From positions 73,042 through 137,041 of the forward strand of contig NZ_DATLWX010000006.1 of assembly GCF_035576065.1 (NCBI RefSeq): a stretch of DNA of 64,000 nt, read 5' to 3'. Below, piece by piece: positions 28,581 to 36,824 of the stretch. Position 1 is the first letter of the stretch. Each line of letters begins with the position of its first letter. The position numbers were made by a program, and so were the translations under genes. The DNA comes from Nocardioides sp. (lineage in GTDB: Bacteria; Actinomycetota; Actinomycetes; Propionibacteriales; Nocardioidaceae). The notes under the pieces are model-generated. The model worked only from the letters and a program-made list of their open reading frames with translations, searched no databases and was not told the origin of the DNA.

Positions 28581-29788
28581 GGTTCGACGCCCCGACCCTC
28601 GCCCACGCCTGGCTCGCCGTGTTCGCCGCCTCCGGCACCGACAAGAAGCACGCCACGCTCTACAAGACCATCGCGATCGAGGAGCACCCCAAGGGGATCC
28701 GGCTCCTCGCCACCGACCGGCGAGTACTCCTCACCGCCTGGGTCCCCGAGATCGACTACCACTACGACAGCCCACCGTCGTTCGAGCAGGCCCCCGACCG
28801 TGTTGTCGTGGCCTCCGACGGCGACGCCCGCGGCCGCGGACTCCTCGGCTACGTCTGCTCGCTCGCCAACCGCCGCGGCGCGAACAACGAGGAGTACACG
28901 CCCGGAGAGATCGAGATCGACGTGGACTTCGACGTCCGTCTCCCACCCGGCAGCAAGGTCCCCGCACAGGAGGCCCTCGAGGGGATGGACCCCACCTACG
29001 TCACGCTCTCGGTCCGCGACGTCGAGAAGGTCTACCTCGAAGCCATCCCGATCAGCTACCCCGACTGGCGACCCGGGTTCGCTTCTCACACCCCGGAGCG
29101 CGCGGCCACCGTCGCCCTGGACCCCGAGATCCTCGAGCGACTGGCGAAGGTCCGCAAGCACGCCGCCGGCGCCCTCGCCTGGACGTTCGGCGGGACCGAC
29201 CGCGCTGCGCTGGTCGAGTACTCCGACTCAGACCCCCGCGTCCACGGCATCGTCATGCCCGTCGCCGACCAGGACGACGACGCCCACACCGAAGGCGGCA
29301 CCACCGAGCAGTCTGACCGCGTCGACTGCCCCAGATGCGACTACACCGTCGACGCCGCCGAGGACGGCGACGGCGCCCTGAGCGAGGTCCGTCATCACAT
29401 GGGCGACAAGCACGGCGTGCACGAAACCGACGCAGCGCTCCGGGAGATCCACGGACTCGCCCCAGCCGCGCCCGCCTCCGGCGCTGACCTCCTCCGCAAC
29501 GGCTCCGGCCTACACGTCGTCACCGACAAAGGCCTCAGCCGCGCCCACAGCGAAGAGGACCGCCCACTTCTGCGCCAGGCGGTCGAGGTCGTCCTCTCCA
29601 CACAATTCGGCTCCACCTCGATGCTCGAACGCAAACTCCGCGTCGGCTTCGCCAGGGCCATTCGCCTGATGGACGACCTCGAAGCGCACGGCGTCGTCGG
29701 CCCCAGCAACGGCTCCAAGACCCGCGACGTCCTCGCGCGCCCCGAGCAGCTCGACGAAGTCCTCACGCAGATCGGAATCAACCCATGA
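28577..29788 (+). CDS. Beta-clamp-like N-terminal domains + C2H2-like zinc finger + FtsK-gamma winged helix
   Basis: Track ORF trimmed to the ATG at 28577. The N-terminus [15 protein letters not shown]...[25 protein letters not shown]...[10 protein letters not shown]...[14 protein letters not shown] follows the DnaN domain pattern. CPRCDY...HHMGDKH follows. The C-terminus [56 protein letters not shown] is the FtsK gamma pattern. Confidence 0.65.
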   Translation: MRFDAPTLAHAWLAVFAASGTDKKHATLYKTIAIEEHPKGIRLLATDRRVLLTAWVPEIDYHYDSPPSFEQAPDRVVVASDGDARGRGLLGYVCSLANRRGANNEEYTPGEIEIDVDFDVRLPPGSKVPAQEALEGMDPTYVTLSVRDVEKVYLEAIPISYPDWRPGFASHTPERAATVALDPEILERLAKVRKHAAGALAWTFGGTDRAALVEYSDSDPRVHGIVMPVADQDDDAHTEGGTTEQSDRVDCPRCDYTVDAAEDGDGALSEVRHHMGDKHGVHETDAALREIHGLAPAAPASGADLLRNGSGLHVVTDKGLSRAHSEEDRPLLRQAVEVVLSTQFGSTSMLERKLRVGFARAIRLMDDLEAHGVVGPSNGSKTRDVLARPEQLDEVLTQIGINP

Positions 29789-30312
29789 CCACCGGGGCAT
29801 CTCTGACCGCGTCAGAGCGTCAGCTGCTAGGTCGCGCCCTCACCACGGCGACCGTGATGACGCACGTCACGCCCGACGGACCGTTGGCCAAGGCCGTCGA
29901 GCTCATCGTCGCCGACCGACTCCCCGGCGGCGTCGACACCCTGTCCGAGCTCCGCAGCAAGGGCAACGCACGCCGCGACCGCTGGCACACCCCGGACACC
30001 GAACCGTGGACCGGCGCGGACTGGTCGAACGCCATGTGCGGGGAAGCCGGCGAAGCGGCCAACGTGGTCAAGAAGATCAGGCGCGTCGAGACCGGCACCG
30101 GGCATCACCTCCCAGATACCACGGAGCACGCACAGCTCATCCGCAACCTCGCGCTCGAGCTGGCCGACACCATCGCCTACGCCGACCTCCTCGCCCAGCA
30201 CTACGGCATCGACCTACGCGTCGCGATCGCCGAAAAGTTCAACATCGTCTCCGAACGCGAGGGCTTCCCCGAGCGGATAACCGTCCCCCGGCCGGACGTG
30301 GACCATGGCTGA
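29785..30312 (+). CDS. MazG-like nucleotide pyrophosphohydrolase
   Basis: 175 aa. [21 protein letters not shown]...[40 protein letters not shown]. Confidence 0.7.
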   Translation: MTTGASLTASERQLLGRALTTATVMTHVTPDGPLAKAVELIVADRLPGGVDTLSELRSKGNARRDRWHTPDTEPWTGADWSNAMCGEAGEAANVVKKIRRVETGTGHHLPDTTEHAQLIRNLALELADTIAYADLLAQHYGIDLRVAIAEKFNIVSEREGFPERITVPRPDVDHG

Positions 30313-30850
30313 CCCGACCCCGGAGCAGATCGCAGCACGTAGACGCGCTGAAGAGTTCAACGCCGCATACCCGTCCGGCACACCAGTCCTCGCATGGCCC
30401 GGCACCCGCGACGAGGAGCCGATCAGCACCAGAACCCGCTACTCGGCCTGGGTGCTCGGCTCGGGCGAACCAGTTGTCACCGTCATCGGCACCGCCGGCG
30501 GGATCTATCTCGACCACATCGAGCACGACCCCACCCGCCAACCCGCGGTCCCGGACGTCGAGTTCGAGATGCCGCCCTGCCCGATCGACCAGCTCTGCTG
30601 CTATCGCTGTAGGGCGTCGTGGACCTCCGACGGCCGATCGGGGTCCTGGAACGACCCCAGCGCGGCACGCTGCCCCGCCACCTGTCACCCGTACTTCACC
30701 ATCGAGAGCGACCTGATCGAACGGTGCGTCCTGGGGCGCAACCACGACCTCCGCGAGAGCGCTGCCCAACACCGATCAGCGGACGGGCTCACCAACTGGA
30801 CGGACGACGACGCGAGGGCGCTCGTCGACGGCACTGGGGAGGCCGTGTGA
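30305..30850 (+). CDS. Hypothetical phage protein, Cys-rich C-terminal half
   Basis: 181 aa, overlapping the MazG-like gene by 8 nt. It contains ...CPIDQLCCYRCRASW...CPATCHPYF. Confidence 0.6.
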   Translation: MADPTPEQIAARRRAEEFNAAYPSGTPVLAWPGTRDEEPISTRTRYSAWVLGSGEPVVTVIGTAGGIYLDHIEHDPTRQPAVPDVEFEMPPCPIDQLCCYRCRASWTSDGRSGSWNDPSAARCPATCHPYFTIESDLIERCVLGRNHDLRESAAQHRSADGLTNWTDDDARALVDGTGEAV

Positions 30851-31035
30851 GTGACGACCTCACAAGGCCCGACCGTGGGGAAGCGATGGATCGACTCACG
30901 CGGACCGTCCAGGCGTTGCCGGAGGACGAGCAGGCTCCATACCTGCTCCTCGCCCTGGCGTTCCTAGCCAGTCACGCTCCCGACGTCTTGGCGTTCCTTC
31001 TCGACCGGGCTGATGCGGTGGTGGAGGACACGTGA
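30847..31035 (+). CDS. Hypothetical small protein
   Basis: 62 aa. The GTG at 30847 makes a GTGA overlap, and its stop overlaps the next GTG. Confidence 0.45.
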   Translation: MSDDLTRPDRGEAMDRLTRTVQALPEDEQAPYLLLALAFLASHAPDVLAFLLDRADAVVEDT

Positions 31036-31889
31036 GCGGTCACCTGATCGGCTGCGCCGGCTCCCTGGAGACGTACAGCGTCGACGGCACGGAACGGAAG
31101 CTGCCGACGAGTCACAAGCTCGCTCTCCTGGCCTACGCGGACTCGGCGGACGACCGGACCCACATCGGGTTCGCGGGCTACAAGGGCGTCATGGCGTGGG
31201 CTGTGTGCTCCCGGGCCCGGGCCGCGGAGCTGATCCGCGACCTGTGCTCGTGGGGGCTCCTCGAGCAGCACGCCACGGCCCGCCCAGGACGCCGCGCGGA
31301 GTACGTCGTGTTCCCCGGCGGCTGCTGCGACATCCACCGCCCAGCCGAGGAAGAACCCGCCCACGACATCGGCGACCTCGCCCGCGCGGCTGGGATCAGC
31401 GTCGACCAGGCGCGGCTCCTCGTCGCGGCCATGAATGGGTCCGACGCTCCGGACACGTCCCCCCGTAATGGGTCCGACGCCCCGGACCCATTGACCGCCG
31501 ACACCTCCGAACAGGCCGTTGAGCCTGTGGATAGCCACACGTTTGAGACCGAACGGGTCCAGAACAGGTCCGACACACCGGACCCCTTCACTACTTCAAC
31601 TACTTCCCCCCTTCCCCCACCGGCAAGCCGGCAGGGGCGATGCGGCGCTCACCCCAACGGCCACGCCAACTGCCGCGGCTGCGGCACCACACCCCGCCAG
31701 TTGGCCGCTGCAGCGGCGAAGGCCAAGGCCGACAAGCAACGTGCCAACGCCCAAGCCCAGGTCGAACGCGACCGACAGGCCGCCGCGACGGCGCGAGCGG
31801 CATACCCGACCAGCGTCGTCCGGGCCGCACGAGCAGCAGTCGCTCCAGCCCCGAAGACACGAACCCGCACCAAGGAGTGGGTCCGATGA
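31032..31889 (+). CDS. Winged-helix DNA-binding protein, replication-initiator candidate
   Basis: 285 aa. The N-terminal ~90 aa look like a helix-turn-helix_36/DnaD-type wHTH (LALLAYADSADDRTHIGFAGYKGVMAWAVCSRARAAELIRDLCSWGLLE). The middle carries the peptide repeats NGSDAPD / NGSDAPD / NRSDTPD, and the tail is basic. Confidence 0.55.
   Translation: MSGHLIGCAGSLETYSVDGTERKLPTSHKLALLAYADSADDRTHIGFAGYKGVMAWAVCSRARAAELIRDLCSWGLLEQHATARPGRRAEYVVFPGGCCDIHRPAEEEPAHDIGDLARAAGISVDQARLLVAAMNGSDAPDTSPRNGSDAPDPLTADTSEQAVEPVDSHTFETERVQNRSDTPDPFTTSTTSPLPPPASRQGRCGAHPNGHANCRGCGTTPRQLAAAAAKAKADKQRANAQAQVERDRQAAATARAAYPTSVVRAARAAVAPAPKTRTRTKEWVR
31434..31584. repeat. Three iteron-like palindromes GGTCCG-N6-CGGACC inside the initiator-candidate gene
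   Basis: 31434..31454 is AATGGGTCCGACGCTCCGGAC. 31468..31491 is ATGGGTCCG-acgccc-CGGACCCAT, with perfect 9-bp arms. 31567..31584 is GGTCCG-acacac-CGGACC, and an extra GGGTCC half-site sits at 31555. Confidence 0.6.
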
Positions 31890-33097
31890 CCGGCGCCGGC
31901 AACACCAAGCACCAGGTGGCCGTCGAGAAGACTGCCGACCTGGTCGCCCAGCTGCAAGCTGAGATCTCCTCGACTCTGACCGTCGTCGTGGACCTTGTCG
32001 GCCGCCTCGAGGACCTCGCCGACACCCGCCAGTCAGTCGGCCTCGGGTTCATGACCGAGCAGACCAAGGACCTCGCCAACAAGCAGACCCGCGCCGACCG
32101 CGCCGCTGCCCGCAACCTGCACCCCGCCCGGGCGCACGTGGGACTCAAGTTCCTGAACGGCGCCGCGGTCCTTGGCTCGGGTCAGGTGGAAGCCCCCGTC
32201 ACGATGAACCCCGTTTCCGTGGTTGCTGAGATCCACTTCGCGGTCTTCCAGCACCTACGACGACTCAGCCGACCCGCGCTCCTACGGCTCCTCGAGCACG
32301 AGCAGATCGGCCTCGAGGATCACGCCATCTGCCCCTGGCCGCGGAACCCGATCAGCACGACGGCCCTCGACGTCAACGAAACGAACCTCAAGGTCCTCGC
32401 CGACCGACTCTCCAACGTAGTCAGCAGCTACCGCAACCGGCCCAACCTCCAAGCCATCCTCCGCGACCTCGAGCAGCTCGAGGAACGGGCCCGCGACGTC
32501 ATCGACGGACCGTCGCGCACCAACCATCCCGACGCCTGCCCGTGGTGCGGCCGCCGGACCCTCGTGATCCTCCACCGCGAGTTCGGCCGTGACGTCCAGG
32601 TCGTGCGCTGCGAAGGCACCCACGCCTGCGTCTGCGACCACGAGTTCTGCGACTGCCACCGCAACCCCACACGCAACCGGCACGAGTGGGTCAACAGCGG
32701 CCGCGCCGCCCACACCTGGCACGCCCTCCACAACCTCCAGACCGCACGCAAGGAGACCATCCGCATGGAAACCCTCGCCCTCGATGCCATCACCCGGATC
32801 CGCGCGATGCACCAGCCGTTCTGGATCGACGGAGACGGCGACTCCCGGACCTACTACGTCCTCATCGGCGGCGACGAGATCGACCAGTACGCCCCCGACC
32901 ACGTCTGCATCGACATCGGGACCGACGCCTGCCAGGTCTACGACGACGAGCCTGCCAGCTCCCTGCACTCCGTCCCCGGGTGCATCGAGTGCCAGGTCAC
33001 CCACGACAACAGCGGCCAGCCCGGCAACCGCCTCTGGCCCTGCGCGACGTACCGCGCCACCCAGCTCGAAACCGACAGCCCCGACACAAGGAAGTGA
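31886..33097 (+). CDS. Hypothetical phage protein with Cys/His-rich centre
   Basis: 403 aa, in the frame of track ORF 31640..33097, with an ATGA overlap at 31886. It contains CPWCGRRTLVILH...VRCEGTHACVCDHEFCDCH. Confidence 0.6.
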   Translation: MTGAGNTKHQVAVEKTADLVAQLQAEISSTLTVVVDLVGRLEDLADTRQSVGLGFMTEQTKDLANKQTRADRAAARNLHPARAHVGLKFLNGAAVLGSGQVEAPVTMNPVSVVAEIHFAVFQHLRRLSRPALLRLLEHEQIGLEDHAICPWPRNPISTTALDVNETNLKVLADRLSNVVSSYRNRPNLQAILRDLEQLEERARDVIDGPSRTNHPDACPWCGRRTLVILHREFGRDVQVVRCEGTHACVCDHEFCDCHRNPTRNRHEWVNSGRAAHTWHALHNLQTARKETIRMETLALDAITRIRAMHQPFWIDGDGDSRTYYVLIGGDEIDQYAPDHVCIDIGTDACQVYDDEPASSLHSVPGCIECQVTHDNSGQPGNRLWPCATYRATQLETDSPDTRK

Positions 33098-33102
33098 ATC
33101 CG

Positions 33103-33270
33103 ATGGAGACCGATCAGCACCTCTTCGACAAGGTCCACACAGCACCCGCGCCAACCAACCACGTGGACACCCTCCACGCCGGCCTAGCAACCCTCGCCTA
33201 CGTCGCCGCGCTCCTGCTGGCGACCGTCACCCCGGCCCTGGTCATTGCCGCCTACAGGGCAGCACTGTGA
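33103..33270 (+). CDS. 55-aa membrane peptide
   Basis: ATG at 33103 and a C-terminal TM segment LATLAYVAALLLATVTPALVIAAY. Its stop overlaps the next GTG as GTGA. Confidence 0.45.
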   Translation: METDQHLFDKVHTAPAPTNHVDTLHAGLATLAYVAALLLATVTPALVIAAYRAAL

Positions 33271-34361
33271 GCGCCGTCCTCGAGGCCACACCGGCCGGCA
33301 CCCAGGCCGCGATGATCCAAGCGGTCCTCGGTGCCACCCACCCGCGGATTGCGCTGCCCACGATCGCGTCGAACTTCAAGGTCACCCTCGCCGACCTCCA
33401 GGCCATCCTCAACCGACACGGCTACCCCGACACCACCCGGCTCCGCAAGGCCGCCGGCGAGCTGCGAGGCCAGGCAGTCGAAGAGGCTGACAGCCAGGAC
33501 GACACCTGTCCCACCCCCGCCGTCTCCCCCACCGACGAAAAGCCCCGCATGGTCCGCGTCCGTGTCGACGACCTCCACCCGGACCCCGACAACCTCCGCG
33601 AGTACGTCGCAGTACCCATCCCCGCCAGCGACCAGAACCCCCTGCGCCGCGACGAAGCGGCCGGCGACATCGAGCAGCTCGCGGACTCCATCCGCGAGGT
33701 CGGACTCCTCCAACCCATCGTCGCCCGCCGCCACGAACGACCCGACGGCGAGAAGGTCCTCGTCGTCGTCGCCGGCCATCGACGCCTGGCCGCGATCAAG
33801 CGCCTCCGCTGGACCGACGTCGACGTCATCATCCGCGCCCCCATGAAGCCCGACCACGTCATCGCCGCGATGCTGATCGAGAACGGCCAGCGCCGCGACC
33901 TCGACCCCATCGAAGAGGCGCGGGGGATCACGAAGCTGAAGGCCCAGCACGACCTCACCGACATGGAGGTCGCCCGCAAGATCGGCCGCTCCCAGACCTA
34001 CGTCTCCGGCCGGCTCGCGCTCCTCAACCTCACCCCCCAGCAACAGGACGAGATCCGGACAGGTGCCCTCGGCCTCACGGGTGCCACCAACCTCGGCCGG
34101 CTCCAGTCAGGGAAGACCAGACACAGCGCCAAGGGCCACGTCACCGTCCCCTACTTCGGGCCCACCAACGACATCGCCCCCCGCGCCAGGGCCCGCTGCA
34201 GCCGACTCGGCCACAGCAAGAAGCTCAACGGCACCGCGTGCGGCGCCTGCTGGGAGTCCGTGATCCGCGCCGACGAACGCGCCCACCTCCAGACCGTCAA
34301 CGCCACGTCAGACGACTGCGTCACCTGCGGCCACCCCATCGACCACCAGGAGAGCTCATGA
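33267..34361 (+). CDS. Second ParB/RepB/Spo0J-family protein
   Basis: 364 aa, in the frame of track ORF 32589..34361. VRVDDLHPDPDNLRE...LADSIREVGLLQPIVAR...VVAGHRRLAAIKRL, HTH LTDMEVARKIGRSQTYVSGRLALLNL, and a Cys-rich C-terminus. Confidence 0.8.
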   Translation: MSAVLEATPAGTQAAMIQAVLGATHPRIALPTIASNFKVTLADLQAILNRHGYPDTTRLRKAAGELRGQAVEEADSQDDTCPTPAVSPTDEKPRMVRVRVDDLHPDPDNLREYVAVPIPASDQNPLRRDEAAGDIEQLADSIREVGLLQPIVARRHERPDGEKVLVVVAGHRRLAAIKRLRWTDVDVIIRAPMKPDHVIAAMLIENGQRRDLDPIEEARGITKLKAQHDLTDMEVARKIGRSQTYVSGRLALLNLTPQQQDEIRTGALGLTGATNLGRLQSGKTRHSAKGHVTVPYFGPTNDIAPRARARCSRLGHSKKLNGTACGACWESVIRADERAHLQTVNATSDDCVTCGHPIDHQESS

Positions 34362-34594
34362 CCACGCTGCACCGCTGCCCGATCTGCCGCGCCAAGCACG
34401 CAGCCCCCAGGGTGCACCGCGCAGTCCGCGCCGTCCTCCTGGCGATCATCTTCAGCGCCATCGAGATCATCGCGGCACTCGCCCTGGACGGGTGGATCTC
34501 CATCGCGCTGTGGCTGATCGCAGCGTGGAACGCCCTCCGGTTCGTGTTCCTCGTCTGGGGCCTCGCCACACTCGCGGTTGGCGACGACCAATGA
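34358..34594 (+). CDS. Membrane protein (zinc-ribbon-like N-terminus, 2 TM)
   Basis: 78 aa with an ATGA overlap. MTTLHRCPICRAKH, then two hydrophobic helices. Confidence 0.5.
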   Translation: MTTLHRCPICRAKHAAPRVHRAVRAVLLAIIFSAIEIIAALALDGWISIALWLIAAWNALRFVFLVWGLATLAVGDDQ

Positions 34595-34977
34595 ACAGGT
34601 TCCGCGCCGTCTGGCCCATCGTCGACGAGACGATCCCGTTCCCCGACCTCTGCCGAGAAGCCAACGCGGAGATCCCTCGACTCGCCGCCCAGGCCCGAGC
34701 ACACCTCACCCGCGTCGGACGCTTCCTCATCGCACCGTCCGACCTCGTGCCCGGCTCAGGCCGCGTCACCGCCTGGTCTCTCGTCTACGAAGCGCCGGCC
34801 ACACCCGTCAGACGATCCACAATCACCGCGACGTCCGAGCGCGAACGCACCTACGCCACCAACGACCACCGCGCCTGCCCACGATGCGGCATCGTCCGCG
34901 ACGCACGGCCAGCTTCCCTCTGCAACGACTGCGAGCCGTTGGCCCGAGCAGAGAACGCACATGAGGCGGCCGCATGA
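34591..34977 (+). CDS. Hypothetical phage protein
   Basis: 128 aa with an ATGA overlap. The C-terminus contains CPRCG...CNDC. Confidence 0.55.
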   Translation: MNRFRAVWPIVDETIPFPDLCREANAEIPRLAAQARAHLTRVGRFLIAPSDLVPGSGRVTAWSLVYEAPATPVRRSTITATSERERTYATNDHRACPRCGIVRDARPASLCNDCEPLARAENAHEAAA

Positions 34978-35285
34978 CGCACTCCCCCCATGTGACTCCA
35001 ACGGGCCATCGCCAGGACGTCACCCCCACCCGACAGGCGAACGCCAGCGCAACCAGCGACGCCGACTACGACTACCACCTCAAGTCCAGCACCCACTACT
35101 GGATCGTGATCGTCTCCCACAAAGCCAACGGCTCGCTGCTCGACGCCCACGACGAAGTCCCCGGCGCGGTCGGCATCATCGATGCGGACACCATGCTCGG
35201 CCCACCAGACGTCTGCTGCTTCATCTGCGAAGAGTCCTACGAGCCGCGCCTTCGCAGGCGGAAGTGCCCAGGTGAGTCGCGATGA
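34974..35285 (+). CDS. Hypothetical phage protein
   Basis: 103-aa ORF with ATGA overlaps at both ends. Confidence 0.5.
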   Translation: MTHSPHVTPTGHRQDVTPTRQANASATSDADYDYHLKSSTHYWIVIVSHKANGSLLDAHDEVPGAVGIIDADTMLGPPDVCCFICEESYEPRLRRRKCPGESR

Positions 35286-35920
35286 GCCTGTACACCGTCC
35301 GACCCATCAGCGACCGCACAGCGTTCACCGGCAACTCGATCGACTCGCGCTTCACCGTGACCTGGAGTCAATGCACTGACCTGCTCTACCGCGAGCTCGA
35401 CCTCCTCGACGCCACTGACCTCGTCATCGAATGTGACGTCCGCGAGCAGGACCTCCGCCTCGACGGCACCCTCCGCGCCAACGCCCGGGCAGCCAGCCCG
35501 GCCGTGCGCCTGGCGTTCGAGTCCAACGTCGGCCCCCTGACCTACGCCACCGACGCCTTCCGCCGCCCGACCTGGCGCCGCGGCGGGATGCAGGAGGACT
35601 GGCAGCACAACGTCTACGCGATCGCGAAGTCGCTCGAGGCGCTCCGCCTGGTCGACCGATACGGCGTGACGAAACGCGGCGAGCAGTACACCGGGTTCAA
35701 GGCGCTTCCGGCCGGCCGCGCCATGCCCGCCAGCCACATGACGAAGAGCGAAGCGGAGGCAACGCTCACACGGTGGGGCGACGTCGGTCTGACGTGTGGG
35801 ACGTGGGCTGAGCGCTACAAGAAGGCCCGCGCTGCCACACACCCCGATCGTCACGCCGGCGACCAGACCGCGTGGGACCAGGTCGAGCAGGCCGCGGCCG
35901 TGCTGGGGATGTCCCGATGA
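35282..35920 (+). CDS. Phage protein with C-terminal J-domain-like segment (HPD motif)
   Basis: 212 aa. The C-terminus ...WAERYKKARAATHPDRHAGDQTAWDQVEQAAAVLG matches the DnaJ helix II-HPD-helix III pattern. Confidence 0.6.
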   Translation: MSLYTVRPISDRTAFTGNSIDSRFTVTWSQCTDLLYRELDLLDATDLVIECDVREQDLRLDGTLRANARAASPAVRLAFESNVGPLTYATDAFRRPTWRRGGMQEDWQHNVYAIAKSLEALRLVDRYGVTKRGEQYTGFKALPAGRAMPASHMTKSEAEATLTRWGDVGLTCGTWAERYKKARAATHPDRHAGDQTAWDQVEQAAAVLGMSR

Positions 35921-36135
35921 GCGCCATGACGGAGGCCGTGCGGATGGCCGAGAGGGACGCCTGGCAGAACGGCCTCGAGCCCGTCACCCTGACCCAGGCC
36001 GAGGTCGATGCCCTCCTCGAATATTCGACCACGCTCCCCACCGGCAAGACGATCGGGAAGCAGTGGAAGCGACAGCTCTACGTCGGTCCCAAGCGCGGTG
36101 CGTGGCTTACACCGAGGAGGGCGGAGGATTCGTAG
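35917..36135 (+). CDS. Hypothetical protein, possibly the 5' part of a frameshifted gene
   Basis: 72 aa, ...TLTQAEVDALLEYSTTLPTGKTIGKQWKRQLYVGPKRGAW..., with an ATGA overlap at 35917. It overlaps the next reading frame by 34 nt. Confidence 0.5.
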   Translation: MSAMTEAVRMAERDAWQNGLEPVTLTQAEVDALLEYSTTLPTGKTIGKQWKRQLYVGPKRGAWLTPRRAEDS

Positions 36136-36281
36136 CGCGGTGCACCGGGTGTGGGTGGGAGGCCTGGCGCCTGGCGCGGACCGACGCCCGGACCGCGGCC
36201 GCCGATCACAAGAAGTGCAGAGCGGAGGACGTCGCGTTCGTGAAGCGCCGCCAGCAAGCCCGAAGGGCAAGCCGCCGGTGA
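36102..36281 (+). CDS. Hypothetical protein, possibly the 3' part of a frameshifted gene
   Basis: Frame of track ORF 35796..36281: (V)AYTEEGGGFVARCTGCGWEAWRLARTDARTAAADHKKC... Its stop is GTGA-coupled to the next gene, which argues that this frame is translated. There is no RBS before the GTG at 36102. Confidence 0.35.
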   Translation: MAYTEEGGGFVARCTGCGWEAWRLARTDARTAAADHKKCRAEDVAFVKRRQQARRASRR

Positions 36282-36514
36282 CAGTGCCCAGCCCTGACCA
36301 GCTCCACACCGCCGACCAGGCGGCCGAGGTCCTCGACGTCCCCGCAGCAACGATCAGGAAGTGGGCCCGCGCTGGGAAGGCCATGCCAGCAGGCATCCTC
36401 CCAGCTGCAGTCCCGGGCGGATCGCAGGCGCTCTACACGCTCGCCGAGCTTCGCCCACTGGCGGATAGCTACCACGAACGTCGCAGCCGCCGGACCGGTT
36501 CAGCGTCAGACTGA
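36278..36514 (+). CDS. Excisionase-family-like HTH protein
   Basis: 78 aa. LHTADQAAEVLDVPAATIRKWARAGK...LYTLAELRPLA. Confidence 0.55.
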   Translation: MTVPSPDQLHTADQAAEVLDVPAATIRKWARAGKAMPAGILPAAVPGGSQALYTLAELRPLADSYHERRSRRTGSASD

Positions 36515-36551
36515 CCGCTCAAAGAATCTTCCTCCGACTACCTCTAAACTC

Positions 36552-36580
36552 TTGACTATGACAAGGGTTACAGGTAGTCT
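36552..36580 (+). promoter_or_regulatory. Sigma-70-like promoter (TTGACT-17-TAGTCT) bracketed by TGACAAG/CTTGTCA inverted repeat
   Basis: -35 at 36552..36557 and -10 at 36575..36580. The surrounding 36515..36612 tract is clearly lower in GC. AAGGAAAGGAGG precedes the ATG at 36613. Confidence 0.55.
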
Positions 36581-36612
36581 TTCTCTTGTCAACAACAAGG
36601 AAAGGAGGCAAG

Positions 36613-36819
36613 ATGCACGACAAGGAGATCGCCTTCATCGAGGCGGCACTCTTCCAGCAGCGGATCACGATCCGCCGCACGAAGGCCGGTCACATGGTCT
36701 TCAGGAAGAACGGCGAAACGGTGGGCTTCCTCCACGCCGATGCCGGACTCACCGAGTTGGAGAGCCTGCTCTACCGTCTCGCTCGGCTCGGCCGAATCGT
36801 GTGGCCACCCGACTGGTGA
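36613..36819 (+). CDS. Small moron protein, HicA/YcfA-like pattern (tentative)
   Basis: 68 aa: MHDKEIAFIEAALFQQRITIRRTKAGHMVFRKNGETVGFLHADAGL... This resembles the HicA pattern (..kGSH.....pdG....vp.H). GC is lower than in the flanking genes. Confidence 0.4.
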   Translation: MHDKEIAFIEAALFQQRITIRRTKAGHMVFRKNGETVGFLHADAGLTELESLLYRLARLGRIVWPPDW

Positions 36820-36824
36820 CACAC

